A stretch of 64,000 nucleotides of DNA from Planctomycetota bacterium (GTDB lineage: Bacteria; Planctomycetota; Phycisphaerae; Phycisphaerales; UBA5793): the NCBI GenBank assembly GCA_963205185.1, contig CAUJHZ010000018.1, positions 123,408 through 187,407 on the forward strand, in the 5' to 3' direction. The notes beneath the pieces were generated by a model. It ran no database searches and was not told where the DNA came from. It saw only the letters and a list, made by a program, of their open reading frames with translations. Of the stretch, positions 1 to 9,592 are shown one piece after another; positions within the stretch are counted from its first letter, which is position 1; every line of letters starts with the position of its first letter. The translations under genes were made by a program, and so were the position numbers.

Positions 1-684
1 GTGCTCGATGATCGCCGCCGGCCGGACTACGACGACGGTTCGCTGACCGAGAACACGCGCGTGACCTATCCGGTGGAGTTCATCCCCAACGCGCAACTCC
101 CGTCGATGTGCGGCCACCCCAAGAACGTGATCTTCCTGACTGCCGATGCGTTCGGCGTCCTGCCGCCGGTGTCGAAACTGACGCGCGAGCAGGCGATGTA
201 TTACTTCGTCAACGGATACACGTCGAAACTGGCGGGGACGGAAGCGGGAGTGACCGAGCCGCAGCCGAACTTCAGCCCGTGCTTCGGCGGGCCGTTCCTG
301 CCGCGCCCGCCAAAGGTGTACGCGGACATGCTCGCGGAGCGCATCGACACGCACGGCACTTCGGTGTGGCTGCTCAACACGGGCTGGTCGGGCGGGCCGT
401 ATGGCATCGGCAGCCGCTTCAAGCTCGCCTATACGCGCGCGATGGTTTCCTCGATCCTCGACGGGACGCTGAGCATCGGGCAGTTCGCGCCCGACAAGGT
501 GTTCGGCCTGGCGATTCCCGAGTCCGTCAAGGGCGTGCCCAATGACGTCCTGCACCCGCGCAGCACGTGGAAAGACAAGGCGGCCTACGACGCCAAGGCG
601 CTTGAACTGGCTCGTCGGTTCCGCGAGAACGACGCGAACTACGACCTGCCAACCGAAGTGAGGGCGGCAGGTCCGAGAGCCTGA
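1..684 (+). CDS. pckA: Phosphoenolpyruvate carboxykinase (ATP), C-terminal part; 5' end lies outside the window
   Basis: ORF is open to the window edge. Translation carries conserved ATP-PEPCK C-terminal blocks ([45 protein letters not shown]). Confidence 0.93.
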   Translation: MLDDRRRPDYDDGSLTENTRVTYPVEFIPNAQLPSMCGHPKNVIFLTADAFGVLPPVSKLTREQAMYYFVNGYTSKLAGTEAGVTEPQPNFSPCFGGPFLPRPPKVYADMLAERIDTHGTSVWLLNTGWSGGPYGIGSRFKLAYTRAMVSSILDGTLSIGQFAPDKVFGLAIPESVKGVPNDVLHPRSTWKDKAAYDAKALELARRFRENDANYDLPTEVRAAGPRA

Positions 685-793
685 CGCGATCGCCGGAAGA
701 GCGCCAAGACCGAGGAGGCTCGGCCCGAAGCGCCCAGATTCTCTCTTTCGCAGACGATTCGACGGAATAGCGAAGTTTTCATTCAGGTTAGAC

Positions 794-822
794 TTGTGCC
801 GAAGGGCAATGCGCTGTATTCT
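794..822 (+). promoter_or_regulatory. Candidate sigma70-type promoter of peptidase paralog 1
   Basis: TTGTGC (794-799), 17-nt spacer, TATTCT (817-822). The -10 element ends 108 nt before the ATG at 930, the same offset as in paralog 2. Pattern match only. Confidence 0.35.
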
Positions 823-929
823 GCGCACATGTTTGCGTGGGGTCGCTCGCAGTGGGCGGGTGATCGGCCGACGCTCGATCCGCATTCCGGCGATCGACAG
901 TTCTGAAAACCAGTAGATGGGAGTGAATC

Positions 930-3446
930 ATGGGGACCAAGGTAGTATGGATGCGGGCGCGTTTTCTTTCCGTTGGCCTGCTCCTGCCGCTCGCCGGCGC
1001 CTTCGGCTGGGCTGCAGACGGCGTCGAAACGACGATCGGTGATCAGCGTGTGGCGGCGATAGCCATCGAAGTTCCCGGGTCCGAGGCGGTTGTTCGACTC
1101 TGGGACGAGATCGACGAGTCGGGGAGTCGCACGCCGTTCTATTCCATCAGCCTCGATGGCAAGGCCGAGAACCTGCGCCGTCCGGTCGCGCCGAATATCC
1201 GCCTGCTCTACGGCTCCTTTGACCCGCTCGTCGCCGAGCCGCAGGTGCCCGAAGCGCTTCGTGCGGCGCCCGACAGCACCCTCTACCTGGTTCAGTTTCA
1301 GACGCAGATGATCGACGCGTACCGCGCGGCCATGGCCGACGCGGGCGCATCGCTGCTCAAGTTCGTGGCCGACCAGTCCTTCGTCGTGGAGATGCCTGGC
1401 GAAGTGGCGGAGGCGGTCAAGGAGATGCCGTTTGTCCGATGGGTCGGGGCGATGCACCCGGCATACAAGACGGACCCGGCCCTGCTCGCGGATCTCTTTC
1501 CGCCCGACTATGCGCACGCAGGCGGTGCTGCCGGAGATCAGGATGGTCAGGACGGAGCGGGAGTGCTCGGTGTCGAAGCGGGCCAGGCGGACGGCGTCGA
1601 ATACAGCATCATGATGACGCGGCGCGGCCCCGTGCCGCAGAACGCCGTCGCGCAGCGCATCGCCGCGATGGGCGGCGTCGTGCACCAGCAGATTCCCGAG
1701 GGCTTTCGCATCCTCGCCACGCTGACGCCGAGCCAGGTCGCCTCGGTGCTTCGCATGGACGAAGTGCTCTTCATGGATGTCCCTGGCGAGAAGGGTCTGG
1801 ACATGGACATCGCCCGCGAGATCGGCGGCGCAAACATGGTCCGCGACACGCTCGGCTTCACCGGCCAGGGTGTGCGCTGTGAAGTCATGGATGACGGCCA
1901 GCGGAGCAGCCACCAGGATTTCCAGGATCCGCCCACACTCTGGCACGGGTCTTCCGGAAGCGGCAGCCACGGCACATCGACCTCGGGAATCGTCTACGGA
2001 TCAGGCCGCGGCAACGCGCAGGCGACGGGCATGCTTCCCGACGCCGAGGCCAAGATCATGGCGCTGTGGAGCCCTTCGCCGAATCGCTATGTCCACACTC
2101 AACGGCTGGTGGATCCGAACGGCCCGTACCGAGCCGTGTTCCAGAGCAATTCCTGGGGCGACGCCCGCACCCGGTTGTACACGACCGTCTCTGCCGAGAT
2201 GGATGATCTCCTTTTCGAGAACGACATTCTGATCTGCCAGTCGCAGAGCAACGCGGGCAACCAGGATTCCCGCCCGCAGGCGTGGGCGAAGAACATCGTT
2301 TCCGTCGGCGGCGTGTACCACCGCAACACGCTCACCAAGGACGACGACGACTGGGGCGGCGGCGGGAGCATCGGCCCGGCGGCGGACGGCCGCATCAAGC
2401 CCGATCTCACGCACTTCTACGACAACATCTTCACGGTCTCGTCGAGTTGCGATACGTGCTACACCTCGTCGTTCGGCGGTACGAGCGGCGCCACGCCGAT
2501 CACGGCCGGGCACTTCGGCCTCATGTTCCAGATGTGGCATGAAGGAGTGTTCCCGGGGTTCGGCGGCGGCAACACGGTATTCGAAGACCGGCCGGCAATG
2601 GCGACCGCCAAGGCGCTCATGATCAACACCGCCATGCAGTATGAATTCAGCGGCACGAATCATGACCATTCGCGCGTCAAGCAGGGATGGGGCATGGCGG
2701 ACCTGTTCTACCTGTACGATCACGCCAATCGCATGCTCATCGTCAACCAGGATGTGCAGTTGCAGGAAACGCAGTCGCAGAGTTACCAGGTCGATGTGAG
2801 TCCCGGCTCGCCGGCGCTGAAGGTGACCATGGTCTTCCCCGACCCGATGGGCAATCCCGCGGCACAGCAGGCGCGCATCAACGACCTCTCGCTAAAGGTC
2901 ACCGCGCCCGACAACACCGAGTACTGGGGCAACAACAACATGCTCGGCAATATGTTCACCTCCCCGGGCGGAAGCGCCAACACCGTTGACACGGTCGAGA
3001 ACGTCTTCGTCGAATTGCCCATGGCCGGCACGTGGACGATCGAAGTGATCGCCTCCGAGATCAACGAAGACGGCTACCTCCCGACGCCGCAGGTTGATGC
3101 GACGTACGCCCTCGTCGCCTCGGGCATCGGCGAGATCCCGATGCGGCTGCAACTGTCGCGCTGGGTGGCGGGCGTGCAGGGCGACGCCGAGGTCTTCGCC
3201 GCGACGCCGGGTGAAGTGGTCGCGTTCCTGTACAGCGTCGGCGGCACCGGAAGCACCTACATCCCGCAACTGGACGTGACGGTGGACCTCGCCAACCCGG
3301 CTCTGGCTGGCACGCGCACGGCCGACCAGAACGGCTATGCACTGCTGCGCAAGCGCATCCCGAATGGAACACAGGGGCGGCACGTCTGGGTGCAGGCGGC
3401 TGAATTCCAGCGCAAGTCCAATGTCGTTGAGCAGGACATCGAATGA
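930..3446 (+). CDS. Secreted S8 (subtilisin/kexin-like) serine peptidase with P-domain-like region and C-terminal module, paralog 1
   Basis: 838-aa ORF with ATG preceded by GGGAG and a signal-peptide-like N-terminus. Catalytic motifs EVMDDG (Asp), GSHGTSTSG (His), FGGTSGATP (Ser). Kexin P-domain-like block INDLSLKVTAPDNTEYWGNN...GTWTIEVIASE. Confidence 0.9.
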   Translation: MGTKVVWMRARFLSVGLLLPLAGAFGWAADGVETTIGDQRVAAIAIEVPGSEAVVRLWDEIDESGSRTPFYSISLDGKAENLRRPVAPNIRLLYGSFDPLVAEPQVPEALRAAPDSTLYLVQFQTQMIDAYRAAMADAGASLLKFVADQSFVVEMPGEVAEAVKEMPFVRWVGAMHPAYKTDPALLADLFPPDYAHAGGAAGDQDGQDGAGVLGVEAGQADGVEYSIMMTRRGPVPQNAVAQRIAAMGGVVHQQIPEGFRILATLTPSQVASVLRMDEVLFMDVPGEKGLDMDIAREIGGANMVRDTLGFTGQGVRCEVMDDGQRSSHQDFQDPPTLWHGSSGSGSHGTSTSGIVYGSGRGNAQATGMLPDAEAKIMALWSPSPNRYVHTQRLVDPNGPYRAVFQSNSWGDARTRLYTTVSAEMDDLLFENDILICQSQSNAGNQDSRPQAWAKNIVSVGGVYHRNTLTKDDDDWGGGGSIGPAADGRIKPDLTHFYDNIFTVSSSCDTCYTSSFGGTSGATPITAGHFGLMFQMWHEGVFPGFGGGNTVFEDRPAMATAKALMINTAMQYEFSGTNHDHSRVKQGWGMADLFYLYDHANRMLIVNQDVQLQETQSQSYQVDVSPGSPALKVTMVFPDPMGNPAAQQARINDLSLKVTAPDNTEYWGNNNMLGNMFTSPGGSANTVDTVENVFVELPMAGTWTIEVIASEINEDGYLPTPQVDATYALVASGIGEIPMRLQLSRWVAGVQGDAEVFAATPGEVVAFLYSVGGTGSTYIPQLDVTVDLANPALAGTRTADQNGYALLRKRIPNGTQGRHVWVQAAEFQRKSNVVEQDIE
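3141..3443 (+). other. Recurrent C-terminal domain copy 1 (Cys-free type)
   Basis: Last 101 aa, MRLQLSRW...VVAFLYS...VDL...ADQNGYA...VWVQA...KSNVVEQDIE. Aligns with seven other C-termini in this window. Confidence 0.6.
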
Positions 3447-3472
3447 GCCAGCGCGATTGATCGATGCTCCAA

Positions 3473-3503
3473 CCCCCGCGGGCCTGCTTCCGCGGGGGTT
3501 TTT
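3473..3503 (+). terminator. Rho-independent terminator after peptidase paralog 1
   Basis: Perfect 9-bp stem CCCCCGCGG (3473-3481) / CCGCGGGGG (3490-3498), 8-nt loop, then TTTTT (3499-3503). Lies 27 nt after the stop codon. Confidence 0.75.
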
Positions 3504-3609
3504 CATTGGTCTCCGGTGACCGTGGCCGGCAACGGGGGGGCGCTCGGGCGACTGGAGCCTCGCCGCCGCTCCAATCCGAGCGATAAAACTGAGATTCGAT
3601 GGAATCGAG

Positions 3610-3638
3610 TTGCGTCCCCGATGGTTTTCCGGTATCTT
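3610..3638 (+). promoter_or_regulatory. Candidate promoter of peptidase paralog 2
   Basis: TTGCGT (3610-3615), 17-nt spacer, TATCTT (3633-3638). The -10 element ends 108 nt before the ATG at 3746, the same offset as in paralog 1. Confidence 0.35.
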
Positions 3639-3745
3639 GGAACGCATGGATCGGCTCTCGATCCGGCCAGGCGAGGGGGACGGCGTGAGGGCGTCGAGCG
3701 CGTGACCGTCGCGATGGCGAAATCATCACTTTCTGGAGATCTGAA

Positions 3746-6277
3746 ATGGGTACGAGGATCACGTGGACGACCAGCCGCCTGCTGTCAGTGGGGCTTCTGA
3801 TGCCGCTCGCATGCGGCTTTGGCTTTGCGGCCGATACAGTGGAACGGGCGGTGCAGTGCGGGCAGGTGCATTCGCTCACGGTGCCCGGCTCGGACGTGGT
3901 GATCAACCTGTGGGACGAAGTGGGGGAGGACGGCCAGGTCGTGCCGACCTATTCGATCAGCCTCGACGGGTGCCGCATCGCCACCCAGCAGGCCCTTCGC
4001 CCGACAGTGCGGCTCAAGTACGCATCTTTCGACCCGCTGGCGTTTGAGCCCGAGGTGCCCCAGGCGCTGCGGGCCGACGCCGATAACCAACTTTACATCG
4101 TGCAGTTCCAGACGCAGATGATCGACGCGTATCGCACGGCGATGGCTGACGCAGGCGCTTGCCTGCTCAAGTTCGTCGCGGATCAGTCGTTCGTCGTCGA
4201 GATGGAAGGCGAAGCGGCGGACGCGGTGAAGGAGATGCCGTTTGTCCGCTGGGTCGGCGCGCTGCACCCGGCGTATAAGCTCGATCCCGTGCTCATCGGT
4301 GAGTTGTTCCCGGCTGACTCGGGCCGGGCGGCCGCGGGCGCGGACGCCGGCGATGAGGGCCGTGACGCAGCAGCCGTGCTCGGAGCCGACGTCGGCCAGG
4401 GCGGCCATGGCGCCGTCGAATACAGCATCATGATGACCCGACGCGGCCCCGTGCCGCAGGCCGCGGTCGCGAATCGAATCGCGGCCATCGGTGGCGTGGT
4501 CAACCAGACCATCCCGCAGGGCTTCCGCATCCGCGCCACGCTCAATGCTGAGCAACTCGCGCAGGTGCTTCGCATGAACGAAGTGCTCTACGTCGATGAA
4601 CAGGGCGTTCAGGAAGACGACATGGACATCGCCCGCCAGATCGGCGGCGGCACGTTCCTCGAGTCCACGCTGGGATTCACCGGCCAAGGCGTGCGGGCCG
4701 AAGTGATGGACGGCGGCGTCCGCGCCACGCACCAGCAGTTCGAAGGCCAGGTCATCGTCCACTCGCAGAACACCGGCGACGCCAGCCACGGCACGTCCAC
4801 CTTTGGCATCGTGTTCGCGTCGGGCACCGGCAACGCCCAGGCCACCGGCATGATCCCCGACGCCGACGGCAAGATCTTCTGCGACTACGACCTCGTGCTC
4901 AATCAGAGTCAGAATCGCTACGGCCTCACGGCGGAACTCGTCGATCCAAACGGGCCGTATCGGGCCGTCTTCCAGAGCAATTCGTGGGGCAACAACCGCA
5001 CGCGCTCGTACACCACGATTTCCGCCGAGATGGATGACATCTCGTTCATCAACGACCTGATCATCTGCCAGTCACAGAGCAACGCTGGCAATCAGGACTC
5101 GCGCCCGCAGGCGTGGGCGAAGAACATCGTTTCGGTCGGCGGGGTGTATCACCGCAATACGCTGACCAAGGCAGATGACTCCTGGGGCCGCGGCGGCAGC
5201 ACGGGTCCGGCGGCGGATGGCCGCATCAAGCCTGAACTGACGCATTTCTACGACCAGATCTTCACCACCAGCAGCAGCAGCGACACCAGTTACACCACGG
5301 GCTTCGGCGGGACCAGCGGCGCCACGCCCATCGTGGCCGGTCACTTCGGCCTGCTCTTCCAGATGTGGCACGAAGAGATCTTCCCCGGCTTTGGCGGCGG
5401 CGCCGACGTCTTTGACAGCCGGCCGGCCATGGCCACCGCCAAGGCGCTGATGGTCAACTGCGCCGTGCCCTACAGCGGCGGAGATTTCGCTCGCTCGAAT
5501 CAGGGCTGGGGCATGCCGGATCTGACTTATCTCTACAACAATCGCGACACGATGCTGATCGTGGATCAGGCGGACGTGCTGCAGCACCTGCAAAGCGCGC
5601 AGTATGAAGTCACGGTCGGGCAGGGCGGCGGGCCGCTGCGCGTTACGATGTGCTACAGCGACCTCATGGGCAATCCCGCCGGACCGGTCGCCCGCATCAA
5701 CGACCTGTCGCTCAAGGTCACCGCGCCCGACAACACCGTGTACTGGGGCAACAACGGCCTCGGCAGCAGCAACTGGTCCACTTCGGGCGGCAATGCGAAC
5801 ACGGTCGATACAGTCGAGAACGTGCTGATCGAGGCGCCGGCTGCGGGTAACTGGACCATCGAAGTGATCGCATCCGAGATCAACGAAGACGCCTATCTCG
5901 ACACGCCGCAGGTCGATGCCGCCTTCGCCCTGGTGGCGACGGGGATTGACGGCTTCAGCGGCGGGATGCGCATCGCGACGAGCGGCACGTGCCCCGGCCA
6001 GGTTGAGGTGTCCTGGTCCGACGCCCCGCAGAACGTCACGCTGGGACTCATCTTCGCCGCGAACACCGGCAACATGGTCATCCCCGGCGGCATCTGCTCG
6101 GGCACCACGCTCGGCCTCGGGTCGCAGCAGATCCAGCTCGTGCAGACGACCAACAGCGGCAGCGGCAACGGCTCGATTTCGGGCAACGTCGGCCAGAACT
6201 CGGTCTGCAACGGCTACCTGCAGATGATTGAGACCAGCGCCTGTGCGACGAGCAACGTCGTCCGCGTGCGTCCATAA
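3746..6277 (+). CDS. Secreted S8 (subtilisin/kexin-like) serine peptidase with P-domain-like region and Cys-rich C-terminal module, paralog 2
   Basis: 843-aa ORF with signal peptide. Motifs EVMDGG, ASHGTSTFG, FGGTSGATP. P-domain-like INDLSLKVTAPDNTVYWGNN...GNWTIEVIASE. Confidence 0.9.
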   Translation: MGTRITWTTSRLLSVGLLMPLACGFGFAADTVERAVQCGQVHSLTVPGSDVVINLWDEVGEDGQVVPTYSISLDGCRIATQQALRPTVRLKYASFDPLAFEPEVPQALRADADNQLYIVQFQTQMIDAYRTAMADAGACLLKFVADQSFVVEMEGEAADAVKEMPFVRWVGALHPAYKLDPVLIGELFPADSGRAAAGADAGDEGRDAAAVLGADVGQGGHGAVEYSIMMTRRGPVPQAAVANRIAAIGGVVNQTIPQGFRIRATLNAEQLAQVLRMNEVLYVDEQGVQEDDMDIARQIGGGTFLESTLGFTGQGVRAEVMDGGVRATHQQFEGQVIVHSQNTGDASHGTSTFGIVFASGTGNAQATGMIPDADGKIFCDYDLVLNQSQNRYGLTAELVDPNGPYRAVFQSNSWGNNRTRSYTTISAEMDDISFINDLIICQSQSNAGNQDSRPQAWAKNIVSVGGVYHRNTLTKADDSWGRGGSTGPAADGRIKPELTHFYDQIFTTSSSSDTSYTTGFGGTSGATPIVAGHFGLLFQMWHEEIFPGFGGGADVFDSRPAMATAKALMVNCAVPYSGGDFARSNQGWGMPDLTYLYNNRDTMLIVDQADVLQHLQSAQYEVTVGQGGGPLRVTMCYSDLMGNPAGPVARINDLSLKVTAPDNTVYWGNNGLGSSNWSTSGGNANTVDTVENVLIEAPAAGNWTIEVIASEINEDAYLDTPQVDAAFALVATGIDGFSGGMRIATSGTCPGQVEVSWSDAPQNVTLGLIFAANTGNMVIPGGICSGTTLGLGSQQIQLVQTTNSGSGNGSISGNVGQNSVCNGYLQMIETSACATSNVVRVRP
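5966..6274 (+). other. Recurrent C-terminal domain copy 2 (4-Cys type)
   Basis: Last 103 aa, MRIATSGTCPGQ...GLIFAANTG...GGICSGTTLGLG...VCNGYLQMIETSACATSNVVRVRP. Confidence 0.6.
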
Positions 6278-6324
6278 CTCCGCATCGAGCCGTCCGGTGC
6301 GGCGACAATTCGCTCACATTTCCT

Positions 6325-6358
6325 GCGGTGCCCGGTTGTTCCGGGCGCCGCATTTTTT
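6325..6358 (+). terminator. Rho-independent terminator after peptidase paralog 2
   Basis: Stem GCGGTGCCCGG (6325-6335) / CCGGGCGCCGC (6341-6351), 11 bp with one G-U pair. Loop TTGTT, then ATTTTTT. Confidence 0.7.
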
Positions 6359-6379
6359 GCGCTCGTCACGGGTGAGGCC

Positions 6380-6419
6380 AAAAAGAATGCCCGACGATCA
6401 GCAGAGCCGAACGCCGGGC
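6380..6419 (-). terminator. Candidate terminator of the polyprenyl synthase gene
   Basis: On the minus strand: GCCCGGCG / CGTCGGGC stem (one mismatch) with a 15-nt loop, followed by ATTCTTTTT. Confidence 0.4.
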
Positions 6420-6547
6420 CTCGTGGGGGTCAGAAGAGAGTTCGTCAGAGTCATATCTCACAACCGCCGCCGGTCGGGACGTATTCCAAATCCGGAGCGA
6501 GTCTCTCCTGTTTTTTTGCGGGCTCAGTGGCCGCCTTCGCCCTGCCG

Positions 6548-7567
6548 TCAGGACGTGCGGGAGATGACCGCCAGCGCCAGGTCGTCGAGCAGTTGCCGGG
6601 CGGGCGACTCGGGGGCGGCGCTCAATTGCCCGCGAGCCTCTTCGACCAGTCCCGCGGCGACGCGGTGGGCGGAATCGACCGCCCGACTGGCCAGCAGCAG
6701 CGAGCGCACCCGCGCGGTCCAGTCGCCCTCGCGAGCCTCCGCGAGCGCTTCGAGCATGGCGAGTCGATCGTCCGGGGCGGCGGCGTCGAAGAAGTGGATC
6801 ATTGGCAGGGTGAGTTTGCCCTTCTCGAGGTCGCGGCCGAGCGATTTTCCGACGATGCGCTCTTCCCCTATGAGATCGAGCAGGTCATCCTGGATCTGAA
6901 AGGCCACGCCCAGCCGGCTGCCATAGAGCGCCAGCGCCTCGGACAGAGTCGCGTCGGCGCCGGCCTCCTCGGCGCCGAGCCGGCAGCACAGGCTGATGAG
7001 CGAAGCGGTCTTGCGCTCGACGATGGCGAAGTAGGTCGCCTCGTCGATCGACCAGTCGTCGCGGTGGTGGACCTGAAGCAACTCGCCGGAACAGAGTTCG
7101 TTCGTCGTTTCGCCGATGCGGCGACTGATTTCGGGCCGGTCCAGCGTCGAGCAGAGGTGAAAAGCGTTGGAGATGAGATAATCGCCAAGCAGAACGGCCA
7201 TCTCGTTGCCGCGCAGGTGGTTGACGGTCGCGGCGCTGCGGCGCATCTGCGAGTCGTCGAGCACATCGTCGTGCACGAGCGTCGCCATGTGGATAATTTC
7301 GCTCACTGCGGCGAGGACGCGCACGGTGTGCCGCGGCACGAGGTGGCCCGCCGAGGCTTCGCTGCCGCCGGCCAGGCCGCAGAGCAGGGTCAGGGTCGGG
7401 CGCAGCATCTTGCCCTGATAACGGGCGACGTGCCGGCAAAGTTCATTGACTGCTGGCAGGTCGCTGGCCAGTTGCCTACGGATGATCTCGTTGACGGCCT
7501 GCAGTTCGCCCGAGAGGAATTCGTGAATGGGTCGGTACCGCTGGGTGTGCTCGATCAATCCCGGCAT
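6548..7567 (-). CDS. Polyprenyl diphosphate synthase (trans-isoprenyl, IspB-like)
   Basis: Two Asp-rich motifs, LVHDDVLDD and FQIQDDLLD. GGAGG lies 7 nt upstream of the ATG at 7567 (alternative ATG at 7615). The ORF-track extension to 8311 overlaps the next gene and has no family similarity. Confidence 0.88.
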   Translation of the reverse strand: MPGLIEHTQRYRPIHEFLSGELQAVNEIIRRQLASDLPAVNELCRHVARYQGKMLRPTLTLLCGLAGGSEASAGHLVPRHTVRVLAAVSEIIHMATLVHDDVLDDSQMRRSAATVNHLRGNEMAVLLGDYLISNAFHLCSTLDRPEISRRIGETTNELCSGELLQVHHRDDWSIDEATYFAIVERKTASLISLCCRLGAEEAGADATLSEALALYGSRLGVAFQIQDDLLDLIGEERIVGKSLGRDLEKGKLTLPMIHFFDAAAPDDRLAMLEALAEAREGDWTARVRSLLLASRAVDSAHRVAAGLVEEARGQLSAAPESPARQLLDDLALAVISRTS

Positions 7568-7864
7568 CCGGAAGCCTCCACGGCGGGAGGCCCGCCGACC
7601 ATCCCCTGACGCCATGATAGCCTCTGAGTGAGGGTTACCAGCCGTTGAGACGTCCGAAGCGGGCGGCGGGGCTGCGAAACTGGGTAATCGGCTTAGAAGA
7701 ATGGGCGGGCGGCGTCCACTTTTAAGGGCGAAAATGCGGAATACGCGCGCCGGTCGGCCGGTTTGGTGTATGGTTACAGGGGCTTTTTCTACAACGCCAC
7801 CAGGCCCGTTTGACGGCGGGTGGAAGTGGGCGGTCCGGATTCTCAAAAAGGAGTGTTTCTCGTG

Positions 7865-9439
7865 ATGACCAAGATGAGGATGAGCAGTTACGTGATCGGG
7901 GCCATCGCGGCGTGTGGCGCCGTGGTGTCGTCTGCCGTTGCCAGCGACAATCGTACCGGCGGCGAGGCGCAAGCCGTGGAGTTTGTGGAGCGACCGGGCT
8001 CGCTCGAATTCAGCGGCGCAATGATTGCACGGCCGGTTCAGAACGACGCCGGCAAGAACGCCGCCGCCCGCAACCTGATTCTGAACAACTTCGTGGTCAA
8101 CAAGTACATCGACCTCAACGACGAGTACGTGTTCCAACTCCCCGAAGGCATCACAGAGAACCAGGCGGCCCGCACGCTGATGGCCACGGGCAACTTCGAA
8201 TACATCCAGCCTGACTGGATCTGCTACCCGCAACTCAATCCCAACGACCCGAGTCGCGGCAGCCAGTGGCACCACACCAAGATGGAGAGCTACGCGGGCT
8301 GGGACGTGCACACCGGTAACTCATCCACGCGCGTGGGCATCTGCGACACCGGCCTGCGAACGGCCCACGAAGAGTTCGCGCAGCATCGCGCCGACGGCTG
8401 GAATGCCGTCCGCAATCAGTGGGAAAGCCAGGGCGGCAACGTCCAGGACATCAACGGCCACGGCACGCACACCAGCGGCTGCGCCGCCGCCAACGGCAAC
8501 AATTCGCGCGGCGGCCTGGGAGTGGGTTGGAGCCTCGGCCATCGAATTCTCCGCGTCAGCGAATCCAGCAACGGAGGCGCCAACTTCTCGACGCTCACCT
8601 CCGCCGCCATCAAGGCCGCGCAGAGCGGCGACAAGTGCTCGAGCGTGAGCTACAGCGGCGCAGACAGCGCTTCGGTCCGCACGACCGGCACAACGGTCAA
8701 GAACCTCGGCGGTCTGCTCTTCTGGGCGGCCGGCAACGAGAGTCGCAACATGCCCAGCCCGAACCGCGACTCCGATGACGTGATCATCGTCGGCGCCACC
8801 ACGAGCAATGACGTTCGCGCTTCGTTCTCGAACTATGGCGTCTACGTCGATCTGTTCGCGCCCGGCGACAACATCTTCTCGACCTGGAACAGCCACAACA
8901 GCAGCTATGCCATTCTCAGCGGCACCTCCATGGCCTGCCCCATCGCGGCCGGCGTGGGCGCCATGATCTTCTCGAACAACCCGGGCATTACGCCCGATCA
9001 GGTCGAAGAACTGCTCAAGAACAGCTGCACCGACATCGGCGCCACCGGCGTCGATAGCATCTACGGCTACGGCCGCGTGAACCTCAAGAACGCGATGAGC
9101 GGCATCGGCGGTCCTCTCACTTTGGACATCAGCCCCATCCCGCTCAACGGCGGCGGCCGCGTCACCTTCAATCTCACCAACGTCCAGCCGAGCACGGACT
9201 GCGCGGTCTATTACAGCATCTCGGGCCTGGGACAGACGTTCGTATCTGAACTCAACGTCACTCTCGGCATCGCCAACCCGATCCGCGCCGGCGGCATCAA
9301 GACCAGCGACAGCAACGGCAACGCGAACTGGAGCAACCTGCCGGTTCCCACCGTCAACCGTCGCTTCTACGTCTGGTTCCAGGCGGCGGAGCGCAACGGT
9401 CGCGTTTCGGACATCATTGACACCTGGGTCGATCCCTGA
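7865..9439 (+). CDS. Secreted S8 subtilisin-like serine peptidase 3 with C-terminal module
   Basis: AGGAG at 7849-7853, then GTG 7862 / ATG 7865. Signal peptide MRMSSYVIGAIAACGAVVSSAVA. Catalytic motifs GICDTG, NGHGTHTSG, SGTSMACP. Confidence 0.9.
   Translation: MTKMRMSSYVIGAIAACGAVVSSAVASDNRTGGEAQAVEFVERPGSLEFSGAMIARPVQNDAGKNAAARNLILNNFVVNKYIDLNDEYVFQLPEGITENQAARTLMATGNFEYIQPDWICYPQLNPNDPSRGSQWHHTKMESYAGWDVHTGNSSTRVGICDTGLRTAHEEFAQHRADGWNAVRNQWESQGGNVQDINGHGTHTSGCAAANGNNSRGGLGVGWSLGHRILRVSESSNGGANFSTLTSAAIKAAQSGDKCSSVSYSGADSASVRTTGTTVKNLGGLLFWAAGNESRNMPSPNRDSDDVIIVGATTSNDVRASFSNYGVYVDLFAPGDNIFSTWNSHNSSYAILSGTSMACPIAAGVGAMIFSNNPGITPDQVEELLKNSCTDIGATGVDSIYGYGRVNLKNAMSGIGGPLTLDISPIPLNGGGRVTFNLTNVQPSTDCAVYYSISGLGQTFVSELNVTLGIANPIRAGGIKTSDSNGNANWSNLPVPTVNRRFYVWFQAAERNGRVSDIIDTWVDP
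9116..9436 (+). other. Recurrent C-terminal domain copy 3
   Basis: Last 107 aa, LTLDISPIPL...CAVYYSISG...VTLGI...SDSNGNA...YVWFQAAE... Confidence 0.55.
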
Positions 9440-9495
9440 TCGGCCGCCTCATGCACCGCGCCACATGGCGCAGTGAAATGCAGTCACGAGAAACG

Positions 9496-9531
9496 CCCGC
9501 CCCGCGCATCGCGCGGGGCGGGGTTCTTTTT
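9496..9531 (+). terminator. Rho-independent terminator between convergent peptidase 3 and sucD (possibly bidirectional)
   Basis: Perfect 12-bp stem CCCGCCCCGCGC (9496-9507) / GCGCGGGGCGGG (9511-9522), loop ATC, then GTTCTTTTT. The minus-strand reading is followed by CGTTTCT. Confidence 0.8.
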
Positions 9532-9592
9532 GGATTGGTTCGATGCAACTCGAGTCGCGCAGCAAGACTGCTCGGCCCGGCGCGCCGCGGCG

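Larger units (their letters stand above)
756..5965 (+). repeat. Diverged tandem duplication: unit 1 about 756-3140, unit 2 about 3593-5965 (leader plus peptidase body, excluding the C-terminal domains)
   Basis: The two peptidase ORFs are collinear and highly similar up to ...TIEVIASEINED.YL.TPQVDA..ALVA.GI. Long identical peptide runs include QFQTQMIDAYR, LLKFVADQSFVVEM, KEMPFVRWVGA and CQSQSNAGNQDSRPQAWAKNIVSVGGVYHRNTLTK. Upstream GATTCGAYGGAAT motif at 756-768 and 3593-3605. Confidence 0.75.

Noticed and set aside
6527-7609. 360-aa plus-strand ORF
   Set aside because: Antisense to the polyprenyl synthase gene, whose two DDxxD motifs identify the real frame.
7568-8311. N-terminal extension of ORF 6548-8311 given in the track
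   Set aside because: It would overlap the peptidase 3 gene on the opposite strand by about 450 nt. The extension has no similarity to polyprenyl synthases, and a good GGAGG-ATG start exists at 7567.
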